The notes: generated by a model from the letters alone, not told the origin. A DNA stretch of 64,000 bases from Bacteroidota bacterium (GCA_947464275.1 CANHVU010000014.1:10324-74323), one strand, 5' to 3'. Positions 28,630 through 39,575 are shown, numbered from the stretch's first letter. A program made the numbers and translations.

Positions 28630-30141
28630 TTGTTAATTTGCCAACTCATTTTAAACCTTCGCAAAATAATGTATAAACATAAGCTGCTAAGCATTTTTGT
28701 TATTTTTATTTTTTCAGTAAAATTAAAAGCGCAAACTATAGAGTTTGGACAGCCTATAAAAGTAAAAAGTAAAATAAATTATACCCAAATTATTGGCAGT
28801 AATGAGCAAGGTTCGTTTTTGATACGCTGCCGCGATAATAGCTTTAAAAAAGAAGTTGTTATTGAAAAATACAATGCCAAGCTTACTTTAGACTTAAGCA
28901 AAGAAATTACACTAAGCATTCCCGCATTAATTGAAAAAGTTATCCTTATTAACCAACAAATCTATGTGTTTGTAACAGCTAAAAACAACACTACCAACAA
29001 AATAGACTTTTTAGTTCAAAAATTTGATATGAATTTCAATTTATCGGGAGGCATGGTACTTTTGGCCTCAATAGATGAATACTTAATTGGTGATAACTTA
29101 AACCTCTCCATAAAAAACAGCATTAATAAAAAATTCTTTAGTTTGAGTTTTATAGGTAATGCAAGCCAAAACAATAAAGAAAAATCAGCTCTGTATTTAT
29201 TTGGGTTTGATGCAGGTTTCACCCAAATATATGGTAAAACTTTTGAAATTAATGAACGGGTTGCAGATATTGAAACAACCAATTCAGATATAGATAATGA
29301 TGGAAACTATTTTACCTTACTTGATTTTCCTAAACCTAACAAAATCCGTAAACGAAATAATGATAGAAAGTTTGTAATGTATGTATTTTACCATGCTAAT
29401 CAAACTATGCTCGAATACGATATAGCCCAGCCAAATATTACTATTGATGATATAGGATTTGTGGTAAACAATGTAAAAAAACAAATCAATTTAATAGGCT
29501 TTTATGCAGAAGAAGAGCAAAAAGACAATAAAGGATATTTTTACCAAACCATCGATTTAACAAATACCTCTATAAAAATAAATAGGCTTGATTCTGTTTC
29601 CTTAAATGTTTTAAAAGACCGAATTTCATTTAGCAAAACGATGGATTTAAACGATTTATACATCCGGAAAATAATTCCTAGAAGTGATGGTGGTTTATTT
29701 TTAATAGCTGAAAAATACTTCTTAACCCGCCAATCTTATACTTATTATGTAAATGGATTTCCGCAAACCAATACACGTACTGTATATAATTATAACGATG
29801 TAATGCTTTTGAGTATTACCGCAGATGGTTTACTAGAAAATGGTGATGTGGTAAATAAAGAACAACAATCAATTAGCGATGGCGGTTATTATTCATCAAT
29901 TAGTAGTTTTATTAATAACGATGCTATTTACACTATTTACAATGCTGATGTAAGCCAAGAAGGCGATGTATTGATGAACAAATTTGATGTAAAAGGTAAA
30001 AGTGAAAACAAAATTTTAGTAAAGGCAATTAATGCAAGTTTGCTAATCATACCAACCGATTGTAAACAAATTTCGGCTAATTCTCTTTTGGCTTGCACCA
30101 TTCGAGATAAACGATTTACTTTGATGCGTATTACTTTTTAA
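28630..30141 (+). CDS. hypothetical secreted protein (paralog of 19273)
   Basis: Signal peptide from the Met at 28669; C-terminal similarity to the 588-aa protein. Confidence 0.45.
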   Translation: MLICQLILNLRKIMYKHKLLSIFVIFIFSVKLKAQTIEFGQPIKVKSKINYTQIIGSNEQGSFLIRCRDNSFKKEVVIEKYNAKLTLDLSKEITLSIPALIEKVILINQQIYVFVTAKNNTTNKIDFLVQKFDMNFNLSGGMVLLASIDEYLIGDNLNLSIKNSINKKFFSLSFIGNASQNNKEKSALYLFGFDAGFTQIYGKTFEINERVADIETTNSDIDNDGNYFTLLDFPKPNKIRKRNNDRKFVMYVFYHANQTMLEYDIAQPNITIDDIGFVVNNVKKQINLIGFYAEEEQKDNKGYFYQTIDLTNTSIKINRLDSVSLNVLKDRISFSKTMDLNDLYIRKIIPRSDGGLFLIAEKYFLTRQSYTYYVNGFPQTNTRTVYNYNDVMLLSITADGLLENGDVVNKEQQSISDGGYYSSISSFINNDAIYTIYNADVSQEGDVLMNKFDVKGKSENKILVKAINASLLIIPTDCKQISANSLLACTIRDKRFTLMRITF

Positions 30142-30152
30142 GTTTAATTACC

Positions 30153-31136
30153 TTGCTTAACCTATTTAGAAACAACAGTATATTTGCCTTCGTATTCTTA
30201 ATTGTATTTGCAGTTTTAATACGTTTACTCCCGTTTTTAGTCAATGTACCTATTGATTTAAATATCAATGCACCATTGGCTCAAGTTACTTTTAATTGGA
30301 TAACCACTTTTGAAGATTACTATTATTTTAGTGCTGTAAGTGCAAGTTTTTTTGTTTTTTTAGAAGCTTGGTTAGTTAATCATATTGTTACCAAACATAG
30401 TATCTTAAACAAGGACAGCTTTTTACCTGCATTATTTTTTGTATTATTAAACAGCCTTTATCCTCAACAGCTTTTTTTAAGTCCGCAACTAATTGGTAAC
30501 CTCTTCATTATTTTTATGTTTTATAGATTATGTAATCTATACGAGGCAGAAAGACCACTCTATATTGTACTTGATAGTGGATTATACTTAGGTTTAGCAG
30601 TTTTGTTTAATTACGACACATTGGTTTATTTACCCTTTATTTTAATAAGTGTGGTGCTAATGACCTACTTTAATATTAGATTTTTACTGGCCTCTATTTT
30701 TGGGATTTTATTACCAATCTACTTATTATGTGTTTTGTTTTTTTTAAACGACAACTTAAATGATTTAATAATCATTGTAAATAAAAGTTTAGACCGCACT
30801 TATTTAAACCAAATAAAATTTAATTGGATTAAGTTAATTCCTTGGATTTTAATAACAGGAATTGTACTACTTTCGGGTATATCGCTGCAAACCAATTATT
30901 TTAAAAATAAAGTAAAAACCCGAAGAATACTATTTACTGTAGCTTTATTTATTGCCATTTCTATTTTATTAGTTTTAATCGAAGATCATAATATCGTATT
31001 TGGAATATGCTATTTGGCTGTTCCTGTTAGCATAATTATGGCAAATTATTTTATAAGTTCCCGTTTGGCCATCCTAAAGGAGACTTTCTTTTTTTTAATG
31101 ATTGCCGCAGCAATTATTTATCAATATTTTATTTAA
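30153..31136 (+). CDS. hypothetical polytopic membrane protein (about 9 TM)
   Basis: Hydrophobic throughout; 12-bp gap from the upstream gene and 10-bp gap to the downstream gene, suggesting an operon. Confidence 0.5.
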   Translation: MLNLFRNNSIFAFVFLIVFAVLIRLLPFLVNVPIDLNINAPLAQVTFNWITTFEDYYYFSAVSASFFVFLEAWLVNHIVTKHSILNKDSFLPALFFVLLNSLYPQQLFLSPQLIGNLFIIFMFYRLCNLYEAERPLYIVLDSGLYLGLAVLFNYDTLVYLPFILISVVLMTYFNIRFLLASIFGILLPIYLLCVLFFLNDNLNDLIIIVNKSLDRTYLNQIKFNWIKLIPWILITGIVLLSGISLQTNYFKNKVKTRRILFTVALFIAISILLVLIEDHNIVFGICYLAVPVSIIMANYFISSRLAILKETFFFLMIAAAIIYQYFI

Positions 31137-31145
31137 AAACACTAC

Positions 31146-32492
31146 ATGAAATTTACTGCTAACTTTTCTTTATTAATTATTTCCATATTGCTTTCAATTA
31201 ATGCTTTGGCACAAAAAAATGAAGCTTTGGCTGTACAAAAATCAGTTGAATTAATTGAATTATTTAAAACGGAACAATATGAAAAAGCCTACTCCTTAGG
31301 CGATGATATAATGTTAAGAAGAATTTCACCTGATAGATTACAAGGTATTTGGGAGAGTTTAGCTTCAGTAAATGGCGATTTAAAAGAAGTTGGAACTACT
31401 TCATACTTATTCATTGACACAGTTCATATTACCACCACCAAATTAAAGTATAAAAATGGTTCAGTTGGCTTACGTTTAAGTTTTGGATTGGATTGGAAAT
31501 TGCGCGGCCTTTTTATAGTAGATGCAGAGCCCATGTACAATATTCCTGAGTATGTAAATACATTTGGGTTTTATGAAATTAAAATTCCTTTTGGACCAGC
31601 AGGTTTCGAGGGCGAGGCTATTTTAACAGTGCCTATTCAACAGAAAAAATATCCTTGTATTATCATTATTGGAGGTAGTGGCCCAATTGATAAGGATGCT
31701 ACTATTGGACCAAACAGAATTTATAAAGATTTTAGTTGGGGCCTTGCCAATAAAGGAATTGCAACAGTTCGATTTGACAAAAGAACCAAAGCCTATTTTG
31801 GTAAAATGATGCAAGAGCATAAAAATGGAAACTATTACACCATTGAACAAGAATATTTAGACGATGTAAAAGAATTGGTTAAAAAAGTAAGTAAAAAAGA
31901 AGCCATTGATGCCAATAGAATATACTTAATGGGCCATAGCCAAGGTGGAGGATTAATGCCATTGTTTTTAAAACAAAATAAATCAGTAGCTGGCGCAATT
32001 ATGGCAGCTGGTAATTATACCACCATGCCCAATTTAATGCTTTATCAGTTTGATTATTTAATGCCCATGCAAGTTAAAACCAAAGCTGATTCTGCTCTTT
32101 TTGACAAGTTAAGAGCGCAAGCTAAAAATGCCACTAAAGGGAATTTGCCTAATACATTCCCTAACGATAGCTTACCAGCCATGTATCCCTTTAGTTATTG
32201 GAATTACATGAATAAAATTGAATTTGTAAAATTAGCTAAATCCAACAAAAAACCCGTTTTAATTATTCAAGGCGAGCGCGATTACCAAGTGCCAATTAGT
32301 GAATATAAATTATGGAAAGATGCTTTAGTTGACCATAATAATTATATGTTTACCTCTTTTGCCAAATTAAACCATTTATTTATGGAAGGTGAAGGAAAAT
32401 CAACACCTGACGAATACTCAAAACGAGGTAATGTACCCGAATATGTAATTGATGAAATTGCAAAATGGATTAAAGCCCAACCTAGAAAATAG
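31146..32492 (+). CDS. secreted alpha/beta hydrolase (dienelactone-hydrolase/S9-like)
   Basis: Signal peptide; GHSQGG nucleophile elbow; ERDYQV acid region. Confidence 0.6.
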   Translation: MKFTANFSLLIISILLSINALAQKNEALAVQKSVELIELFKTEQYEKAYSLGDDIMLRRISPDRLQGIWESLASVNGDLKEVGTTSYLFIDTVHITTTKLKYKNGSVGLRLSFGLDWKLRGLFIVDAEPMYNIPEYVNTFGFYEIKIPFGPAGFEGEAILTVPIQQKKYPCIIIIGGSGPIDKDATIGPNRIYKDFSWGLANKGIATVRFDKRTKAYFGKMMQEHKNGNYYTIEQEYLDDVKELVKKVSKKEAIDANRIYLMGHSQGGGLMPLFLKQNKSVAGAIMAAGNYTTMPNLMLYQFDYLMPMQVKTKADSALFDKLRAQAKNATKGNLPNTFPNDSLPAMYPFSYWNYMNKIEFVKLAKSNKKPVLIIQGERDYQVPISEYKLWKDALVDHNNYMFTSFAKLNHLFMEGEGKSTPDEYSKRGNVPEYVIDEIAKWIKAQPRK

Positions 32493-32582
32493 GTTATCAT
32501 TTCATAATTCACGTTTCAACTCCGCTCAACGTCCGCCTTTCATAATCCAACATTCATAATTCAACATTCATAATTCAAAAAC

Positions 32583-32987
32583 ATGATAACAGTATCTGTA
32601 AAAATTGATGCCCCATTGGAAAAGGTTTGGAATTATTTTACCCAACCGGAACATATTGTAAAATGGAACTTTGCCAACGATGATTGGCACGCGCCCTATG
32701 CCGAAAATGATCTAACAGTAAACGGACTTTTTAAATATACCATGGCAGCCAAAGATGGTAGTTTTAGTTTTGATTTTGAGGGTAATTATACCCAAATTGA
32801 AACCCACAAAACCATAGCTTATACCATGGGTGATGGCAGAAAAGCCATTCTTCATTTCACTGAAAATAATAACCAAACCGAAGTAGTAGAACTATTTGAA
32901 CCCGAAAATGAAAATCCTGAAGAGATGCAACAAATGGGATGGCAAGCCATTTTAAACAACTTTAAAAAATACGTGGAGCAAAACTAA
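32583..32987 (+). CDS. SRPBCC (AHSA1-like) domain protein
   Basis: 134 aa; VKIDAPLEKVWNYFTQPEHIVKWN is typical of the Aha1/SRPBCC superfamily. Confidence 0.65.
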   Translation: MITVSVKIDAPLEKVWNYFTQPEHIVKWNFANDDWHAPYAENDLTVNGLFKYTMAAKDGSFSFDFEGNYTQIETHKTIAYTMGDGRKAILHFTENNNQTEVVELFEPENENPEEMQQMGWQAILNNFKKYVEQN

Positions 32988-33277
32988 TCAACGCATACTG
33001 TTTAAATTATTAAACCTTTTTAAAACCAGCATTATTAATTATAGATTCAGTCAAAGAAAGAAATTAATATATTGGTTATTTAAACAACTGCTAATGCGCA
33101 ATGTCATTCATCTTGAATTGAATTAATCCAATTCAATAGAATTGTTCAAACAACATTTTTTATTCCATTCAAAATTTACAAATTGAAGAATTGCAATTTT
33201 ATATTAATAGTTTTAAAAAAAAAATAACTAACTTAACAACTAAAAAAAATCCATTTTCGAAACATAATTATTAAAAA

Positions 33278-35029
33278 ATGAAAAAAGCAATATTATTAGC
33301 AACCCTTATATTTAGTATTCAGTACCTTTCTTATTCTCAAATACCCAATTGGGAATGGTCAAAAACTTTGGCTGGACAAAAGGATGATAATGCAAAAAGC
33401 ATTGCATGCGACTCAAAAGGGGATGTTGTTATGGTAGGAGATTTTCTGAGTGATTCAATTATTACTGGTTCAATAAAATTGCGTAACATACACCCAACCG
33501 GTGGAGTAATAAACCAATATAAACTATCTGATATTTTTGTAGGCAAATACGATTCTGCAGGGAATGTAATTTGGGCAAAAAATTTCGGTAGTGATAGTAG
33601 TGACTATGCCTATTCTGTAGCTATTGATAATGCAAATAATATTATTGTTGTTGGTAAATTTTATGGTAATACTTTTAGAATTGGAAATATTTCTATTTCC
33701 AAAACTATTGGACAATATACGCCTGATGCTTTTATTTTCAAATTAGACCCAAATGGCAATGTAATTTGGGCCAAGAGTATTGGTGGAATTTCTTTAGAGG
33801 AAGGCAAAGCAGTTACAACCGATGAGCAAAATAATATTTATATGGCAGGCCAATTTTGGGGTGCAAATACCAACCTTGGTGCCGATGTATTTTCATCGAA
33901 AGGTGCAGATGATATTTTTATTACAAAATACTCAGGTAATGGTACGGCTATTTGGACAAAAACATTTGGTTCTTCTACCAATGAAAGCGTTGTTGATATT
34001 TGTTCTGATAAGGGTGGGCATATTTATTTTACCGGAGAGTATCGATCTTCCAACCTAACAATAGGAACCTTATTACCACCGAACATAGACAGTTCACCAA
34101 CAACAGAGGTTTATGTTTCTAAAATGGATTTGAATGGCAATATTGTTTGGACTAAAACAGCTAATTGTAGTGGTGGCGATTATGTTAAAAGTTTAGCAGT
34201 AGATAAGCAAAAAAATGTATTAATAACAGGAAGATTTGCCGAGTATTATTTAAATATTGGCAATAATATTTTTCCCGGAGATCATATTACAAACCCTAAT
34301 TGTACAAACGGAGCTGGATTGTTTTTAATAAAATTTGATAGCCTAGGAACATTTAAATGGTTTCAAACAATTTCAATTGCATATAGTGAGGCTGGATTAG
34401 CAGTTAAAACGGATAAAGATGACAATATTTTTGTGGTGGCTTTTGGTAAAGGTGACACCCTTGTAATTGATACTATAACGGTTTACGCAATTCCTAATAG
34501 TGCCACACTGTTACTAAAATATAACCCCGATGGACATATTATTTGGCAAAAAACATTTGGCATAGGTGATCATTTAGGTTATTTAGACATTGAAACAGAT
34601 ATTGATATTTCTAATCAAGGCAATTTATATTTAGGTAGTAGTTTTATGAAACCCACCTATTCAATGGATAAAGTTTTATGTACCAATACTAATAATTTTT
34701 TATCATATGAACCCTTTATAGCAAAATTAGGAAATGTTAATCAAGGTATGGGTAATAATGAACTAGATTTAGAATATACATTGAATATTTACCCAAATCC
34801 ATTTACTAACTCAATTTCTATTGAATATCATTCGTCAAAAAAAGAGTACTCAACATTAACTATATTTGATGTTAATGGTAAAAAAGTTTTTGAAAATTCT
34901 AATGTTGAAACGTTAAAAGGAAAAAATACCATTTCATTAAACAATATAGACATTAATAATGGCCTATATTTCATAAGCCTTATGGTGGATGGTAAATCCC
35001 GTACTTATAAAGTATCTTGTTTGAGATAA
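33278..35029 (+). CDS. SBBP beta-propeller-repeat protein with T9SS C-terminal sorting domain
   Basis: Repeated ~50-aa blades (GNVIWAKxFGSDSSDYAYSVAID / GNVIWAKSIGG...); C-terminal LNIYPNPFTNSISIEY...GLYFISLMVDGKSRTYKVS matches a Por CTD. Confidence 0.65.
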   Translation: MKKAILLATLIFSIQYLSYSQIPNWEWSKTLAGQKDDNAKSIACDSKGDVVMVGDFLSDSIITGSIKLRNIHPTGGVINQYKLSDIFVGKYDSAGNVIWAKNFGSDSSDYAYSVAIDNANNIIVVGKFYGNTFRIGNISISKTIGQYTPDAFIFKLDPNGNVIWAKSIGGISLEEGKAVTTDEQNNIYMAGQFWGANTNLGADVFSSKGADDIFITKYSGNGTAIWTKTFGSSTNESVVDICSDKGGHIYFTGEYRSSNLTIGTLLPPNIDSSPTTEVYVSKMDLNGNIVWTKTANCSGGDYVKSLAVDKQKNVLITGRFAEYYLNIGNNIFPGDHITNPNCTNGAGLFLIKFDSLGTFKWFQTISIAYSEAGLAVKTDKDDNIFVVAFGKGDTLVIDTITVYAIPNSATLLLKYNPDGHIIWQKTFGIGDHLGYLDIETDIDISNQGNLYLGSSFMKPTYSMDKVLCTNTNNFLSYEPFIAKLGNVNQGMGNNELDLEYTLNIYPNPFTNSISIEYHSSKKEYSTLTIFDVNGKKVFENSNVETLKGKNTISLNNIDINNGLYFISLMVDGKSRTYKVSCLR

Positions 35030-35092
35030 TTTAAACAATCATACTTACTTAATATAAAGTCACTTTTATTATAAAAATGACTAATTACCCAT

Positions 35093-35128
35093 AAATTAAA
35101 TAGGTAGTTGATACCTATTTAATTTATG
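35093..35128. terminator. AT-rich long hairpin between convergent genes (putative bidirectional terminator)
   Basis: taaattaaataggta gttgat tacctatttaatttat, a 15/16-bp stem. Confidence 0.35.
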
Positions 35129-35253
35129 AATTATAACCACAATTTTGAAATACTTGATAATATTATTTAACTCAAATATTGGCAATTAAAATTGATTTTT
35201 AGCTGCTCAATTACTTCATTTTAGCCATAACAGAACCCCAATTTACAATAATA

Positions 35254-37902
35254 TTAAGGTTTTAATGCAATAACACCCAGCAAATTATTGATATCAATTA
35301 TTGGGTAATCACCAAAATCTGTAGAACTATCACCAGTTAAATCAGTTGTTAAATAACCAAGAACACCATTTTGATTATCTATATCCAACAAAGGGTAATC
35401 CGCAAAATCAATAGAACCATCTTGTGTAATATCACCACAATATAATAGGAAAACACCTCCATCATTTTTTACATTATCACCAAACGATTTATCAGCTGCA
35501 TTCGAAAAATCATAATTTGTATTGCTAGCAAGTAATATAGGATTAGCGCTCCATGTTTCAATTGAATTCCTATGTTTTATGGCTACATAAAAACGATTAT
35601 TATTAAAAGTATTCGGAATATTAATTGAACATATACCGTTGGTATCTAATAATGCATTGGAAGAGAATACAGTCATAAACATTCCAAGCGTATCATGTAA
35701 TTCTATGGTTAAGGTATCTGCAATATTTTGAGGACTAATTCCATCAGCATTAAACGGTGCTGAAGTCATTTTTTCATTACCTAAGTATAGTCCTTCTAGA
35801 AAAACTTTAATATTCAATGCTAAATAATTGGGTTGAATAGTTAAATTCAATGTAGCAATAGAATCACAACCTAACGAATTGATTGTAGAGTATGAATAAG
35901 TCCCTGAAGTGGTTATATTTTGTCCATTCCAACTGTAAGGCAATGAACTAGAAGAAATTGATAGATTGTTAGTTGAATTAGTAGCTGAACATAAACGCAC
36001 ATTTCCTACCACACTCAAATCGTAAGCAGTTGAAGCAGCTCTATCGTAAAAGTAAAAAGTACCGCCAGTACCGCCATAAGGCAATATTCTAACCGTTATT
36101 GTTTTAGATGAATGAATATTTTGCAAACCTGGAATTGTTGTTAAATCAATTGATCCAGCAGAGGCACCTGATGAAGTGCTAATTGGGAAATTTAAGGTGG
36201 CCAAATTATTGAAAACGCCACCATTTATACTGTATTGTACCAAAGCATTTGTTGCGCCAGTGCTCGAACGTCTATAGTCTATTGGAGAGATAGATCCCAT
36301 ATCCATGGCATAACCGGTTGCAGGTTTTAAAGTAAAAGTGATAGCAGAATTACCTGTAATTGCTGTTGCTGATGTAGCCGTATTTACAGTTCCTCCCCAT
36401 GCCCTGGCTGCTGCTGCCGATGTGGTGGGTGCTAAAATCCCTGCACCCCTATCCAAACCACCAATAGTACAATTAGCTAAATTAAAGTTTGGATTTAATG
36501 GACTAGCACCAAAATTATTGGTTCCAGTTCCACCTAACAAAGTACTAAAATCCCACCCAGCAATTATTCCATTAGATACAGTTAAACTTCTTACCACATC
36601 AACTGCAGCTAAATAATTGGTATTGCCCAATTCTGATGCAGTAATATTTGTGGTACCTAAACCAATAATGGTAACTGTATTACCCGAAATAGTTGCTACC
36701 GAAGAATTACTGCTTGTAAATGTGACAGGATTACCTGAATTGCCTCCTGTTGCCGAAAGAGTGAAAGGCGGACTGCCAATCGTTTTATTGGGTAAAGCAT
36801 TGAATGTAATCAATTGAGATGCTTGTGTAACCGTTAATGTTTTAGAAACATTAACAGCAGGATTATAAAAAGAATTTCCTCCTTGTGAAGCAGTTATGGT
36901 GGTGGTTCCAATTCCAACTACAGTAACTACATTTCCACTTATAGTTGCTACATTGGTATTAGAACTTACATAGCTTACCGATAGATTTGAACTTGCAGTA
37001 GCTGTTAAATTAAATGTACTACCATAGGTTACGTTTGCCAGTGGATTAAAAGTAATAGTTTGTGTTACAGGAACTGAACTTCCTCCCCAAATAATACCTA
37101 CGTATTCAGGATGGTCAATAAATGGATTTCTATTGTTTTGTAAGTGATAAATGGCATTGTTACGAGCAATTTCCCTCGCACTTACCGTATCTTGATTATG
37201 CCAAGTGATAAGCATATTTAAAAAGGCAGTGCTAAAAACCTGATTGCTGCTTCCGTTAAACATGGCATAAGTAGTGTAACCCGCCACTACATTTTCATAC
37301 CTTGTAGCAAAATAAAAATACATGCGTGCAATGTCACCCTTAAATTCATCAAGTGGTTCAAACACAGTTCCAGTATAACCCGCCACAGCACTTGTACCTC
37401 GTTTGCTGCCATTTAAAGATGTCCATGAAGCAACAGCCACATTTCCATGGGGATTATCCGAACGCATTCCATTCACATAACCATCTACAGGAACTATAAA
37501 ATGGGCATCAGACATCATAGGCGAAGCTGAATTGAAAATAGACTGAGGGATAATGTGTTCTCTATTATAACAGTTTCCTTGAGTGGTATAAGTACCACAT
37601 TGATTGCTGCTGTAAATGAATGTTACGGGGTCAGCACCTGTGGGATTTTCTGAATAAAGGTCGAAAACAGAATTGTCGTTTTCGTATTGATTATCTCTAT
37701 CCGTAGTAGCATAAGCCGACCACAAACCAGCATATCCTAAATTGGTGTGGTTGGTAATTTTATTATATAACTGCGTTTTAAGCACATATCCAGTGCCTGT
37801 TGCGGTGCTATAATACCCAGTAGGTATTTGGGCAATGGAACTTGCAGCTACAAATAAAGCCACAAATAATAATTTATATTTCATTAGGTATTTTAATCGC
37901 AA
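35254..37902 (-). CDS. extracellular endonuclease I-family nuclease with Ig-like (Big_2-type) repeats and a dockerin-like C-terminal repeat
   Basis: CYNREHIIPQS and RNPFIDHPE endonuclease-I motifs; two ~85-aa Ig-like repeats (TFNPLANVTYG...ITASQGGNSFY; TFNALPNKTIG...ITASELGNTNY); C-terminal DxDxDG Ca-binding pairs (GDITQDGSIDFADYPLLDID, GDSSTDFGDYPIIDIN). Confidence 0.6.
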   Translation of the reverse strand: MRLKYLMKYKLLFVALFVAASSIAQIPTGYYSTATGTGYVLKTQLYNKITNHTNLGYAGLWSAYATTDRDNQYENDNSVFDLYSENPTGADPVTFIYSSNQCGTYTTQGNCYNREHIIPQSIFNSASPMMSDAHFIVPVDGYVNGMRSDNPHGNVAVASWTSLNGSKRGTSAVAGYTGTVFEPLDEFKGDIARMYFYFATRYENVVAGYTTYAMFNGSSNQVFSTAFLNMLITWHNQDTVSAREIARNNAIYHLQNNRNPFIDHPEYVGIIWGGSSVPVTQTITFNPLANVTYGSTFNLTATASSNLSVSYVSSNTNVATISGNVVTVVGIGTTTITASQGGNSFYNPAVNVSKTLTVTQASQLITFNALPNKTIGSPPFTLSATGGNSGNPVTFTSSNSSVATISGNTVTIIGLGTTNITASELGNTNYLAAVDVVRSLTVSNGIIAGWDFSTLLGGTGTNNFGASPLNPNFNLANCTIGGLDRGAGILAPTTSAAAARAWGGTVNTATSATAITGNSAITFTLKPATGYAMDMGSISPIDYRRSSTGATNALVQYSINGGVFNNLATLNFPISTSSGASAGSIDLTTIPGLQNIHSSKTITVRILPYGGTGGTFYFYDRAASTAYDLSVVGNVRLCSATNSTNNLSISSSSLPYSWNGQNITTSGTYSYSTINSLGCDSIATLNLTIQPNYLALNIKVFLEGLYLGNEKMTSAPFNADGISPQNIADTLTIELHDTLGMFMTVFSSNALLDTNGICSINIPNTFNNNRFYVAIKHRNSIETWSANPILLASNTNYDFSNAADKSFGDNVKNDGGVFLLYCGDITQDGSIDFADYPLLDIDNQNGVLGYLTTDLTGDSSTDFGDYPIIDINNLLGVIALKP

Positions 37903-38180
37903 ATAAGCTACAATATTAATTAAAATAAGTTACATCAGCATTATCAGTTAATTAACTACTAAAGCCATACTATTTAGGTAATAAATGAGTAACCAAATCT
38001 TCTTTTTTAAATTATTACAATTAATAACTTACTTGAGTTAAAATACTCATTCGTTTAAAAACAATTGTAATTACAATTAAAATAACCAATGTTTGTTTTT
38101 ATAAAAAACACCTATTTATGGGTATGTTTTAATTAATTAATTATTGCATTATTTGTTAAACCATTAAACCTTATAAATTT

Positions 38181-38765
38181 ATGAAAAAACTCAAACTACT
38201 AATTACAATTCCCTTATTGCTGCTTTTATTTAAAGCTTGTAAACCTGAAGAAGGATGTGTTGACAACAATTACTATGAATATCAGGCTGAAAATAGCTTA
38301 AATAGAATACCCTATAAAGACTTTTCAGAACTTACTTTTATAAACAAAACAACACGCGATACCAGTGTATTTGTAGGACAAGGTTACGTTTATGATTGGG
38401 GAAAATACGTAACTCAAGAAGAATGCCCACAAACCTATAATTTACAACGTAGGTACATTATTTTTAATTGTACTAAAAACACAGATAGAATTATTGTTGA
38501 AAATACGTTCTTAGTTCCTTGGACTACAGCCATAAATTTCAGTTTTAATAACAAAGATAAATCATTACATCCTAGCTATTTTAGTGGACCATATGCTTAT
38601 GATTCTCTTTATATTGAGGGGAAATATTATCGTAATGTGAAGGATTTTACTTCAATAAAATCTACGACAGAATTTGGTTTTTTATATACTTTAAATGATG
38701 GAATCATAAGAATTATAGACAATAAATCAAATGACACTTTAAATTTAATAAATATAAAATTATGA
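38181..38765 (+). CDS. hypothetical lipoprotein
   Basis: Signal peptide plus lipobox (LFKAC). Confidence 0.4.
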   Translation: MKKLKLLITIPLLLLLFKACKPEEGCVDNNYYEYQAENSLNRIPYKDFSELTFINKTTRDTSVFVGQGYVYDWGKYVTQEECPQTYNLQRRYIIFNCTKNTDRIIVENTFLVPWTTAINFSFNNKDKSLHPSYFSGPYAYDSLYIEGKYYRNVKDFTSIKSTTEFGFLYTLNDGIIRIIDNKSNDTLNLINIKL

Positions 38766-38856
38766 AAAAATATTATATCCTTATAATCTTGGCTTGTTTA
38801 GCATTAAACACAGAAGCTAAAAAGCCTCTTGAAAAACAAAAAAACAAACCCCTTTT

Positions 38857-39030
38857 GCCTGTGGTTGGTGTTCTCACCAACCTTTTTTACAGCGTTTAAC
38901 TATGATTGTTTTGTAAAAATACCAATCATAAGGAATTTAAGGATAAATGCTGTTAGTTTTATGTTGCCCAAAAAAGCAATAAACCTCACTATCTTTGCCT
39001 GTGGTTGGTGTTCTCACCAACCTTTTTTAC
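38857..39030 (+). repeat. REP family 2 doublet: GCCTGTGGTTGGTGTTCTCACCAACCTTTTTTAC at both ends of a ~105-bp core (left copy of the ~140-bp RAYT-flanking module)
   Basis: Perfect 8-bp stem GGTTGGTG/CACCAACC with a 4-nt loop, at 38857-38890 and 38997-39030; the core 38891-38994 is repeated at 39733-39836. Confidence 0.85.
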
Positions 39031-39048
39031 TTAATAATTTAACAACAA

Positions 39049-39567
39049 ATGCATAATTATATTTACTTTTTTACCGCCACCATTTTAAATTGGCAGAATT
39101 TATTAAAACCCGATAAATACAAACAAATAATTTGTGATAGTTTAAATTATTTGGTAAAAAATAATAGAGTTACAGTTTATGGATTTGTAATAATGCCAAA
39201 TCACATACATATAATTTGGCAAATAAACGAGCCTGATATAATAGAAACAGTGCAACGAGATTTTTTAAAATACACTGCCCAACAAATAAAATTTGACTTA
39301 CTTAAAAACCATCAAAATGTTTTAGCATATTTTAAAAGTAATGCCAAAGATAGAGCCTATCAGTTTTGGGAAAGAAGAGCCTACACTTCAAAATTATACA
39401 ACAGAAAAGTTGTGGAAGAAAAATTAAACTATATTCATAATAACCCAATAAGTAAAAAATGGAATTTATGTAGTTCACCAGAGTTATATAAATATTCTTC
39501 GGCTTCTTATTATTTATCTAACAACAATTCTTTTGACTTTATTACTGATTACAGAACAGGCATTTAG
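39049..39567 (+). CDS. REP-associated tyrosine transposase (RAYT; IS200-like HuH Y1 transposase)
   Basis: VIMPNHIHIIW HuH motif; FWERRAYTS; catalytic-Tyr region YIHNNPISKKW; flanked on both sides by REP family 2 hairpins. Confidence 0.75.
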   Translation: MHNYIYFFTATILNWQNLLKPDKYKQIICDSLNYLVKNNRVTVYGFVIMPNHIHIIWQINEPDIIETVQRDFLKYTAQQIKFDLLKNHQNVLAYFKSNAKDRAYQFWERRAYTSKLYNRKVVEEKLNYIHNNPISKKWNLCSSPELYKYSSASYYLSNNNSFDFITDYRTGI

Positions 39568-39575
39568 CTGTTATT

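Noticed and set aside
38829-39056. 75-aa ORF between the two REP family 2 hairpins
   Set aside because: It lies entirely within the repeated 140-bp module that is duplicated after the RAYT gene. It is a coding artefact of a repeat.
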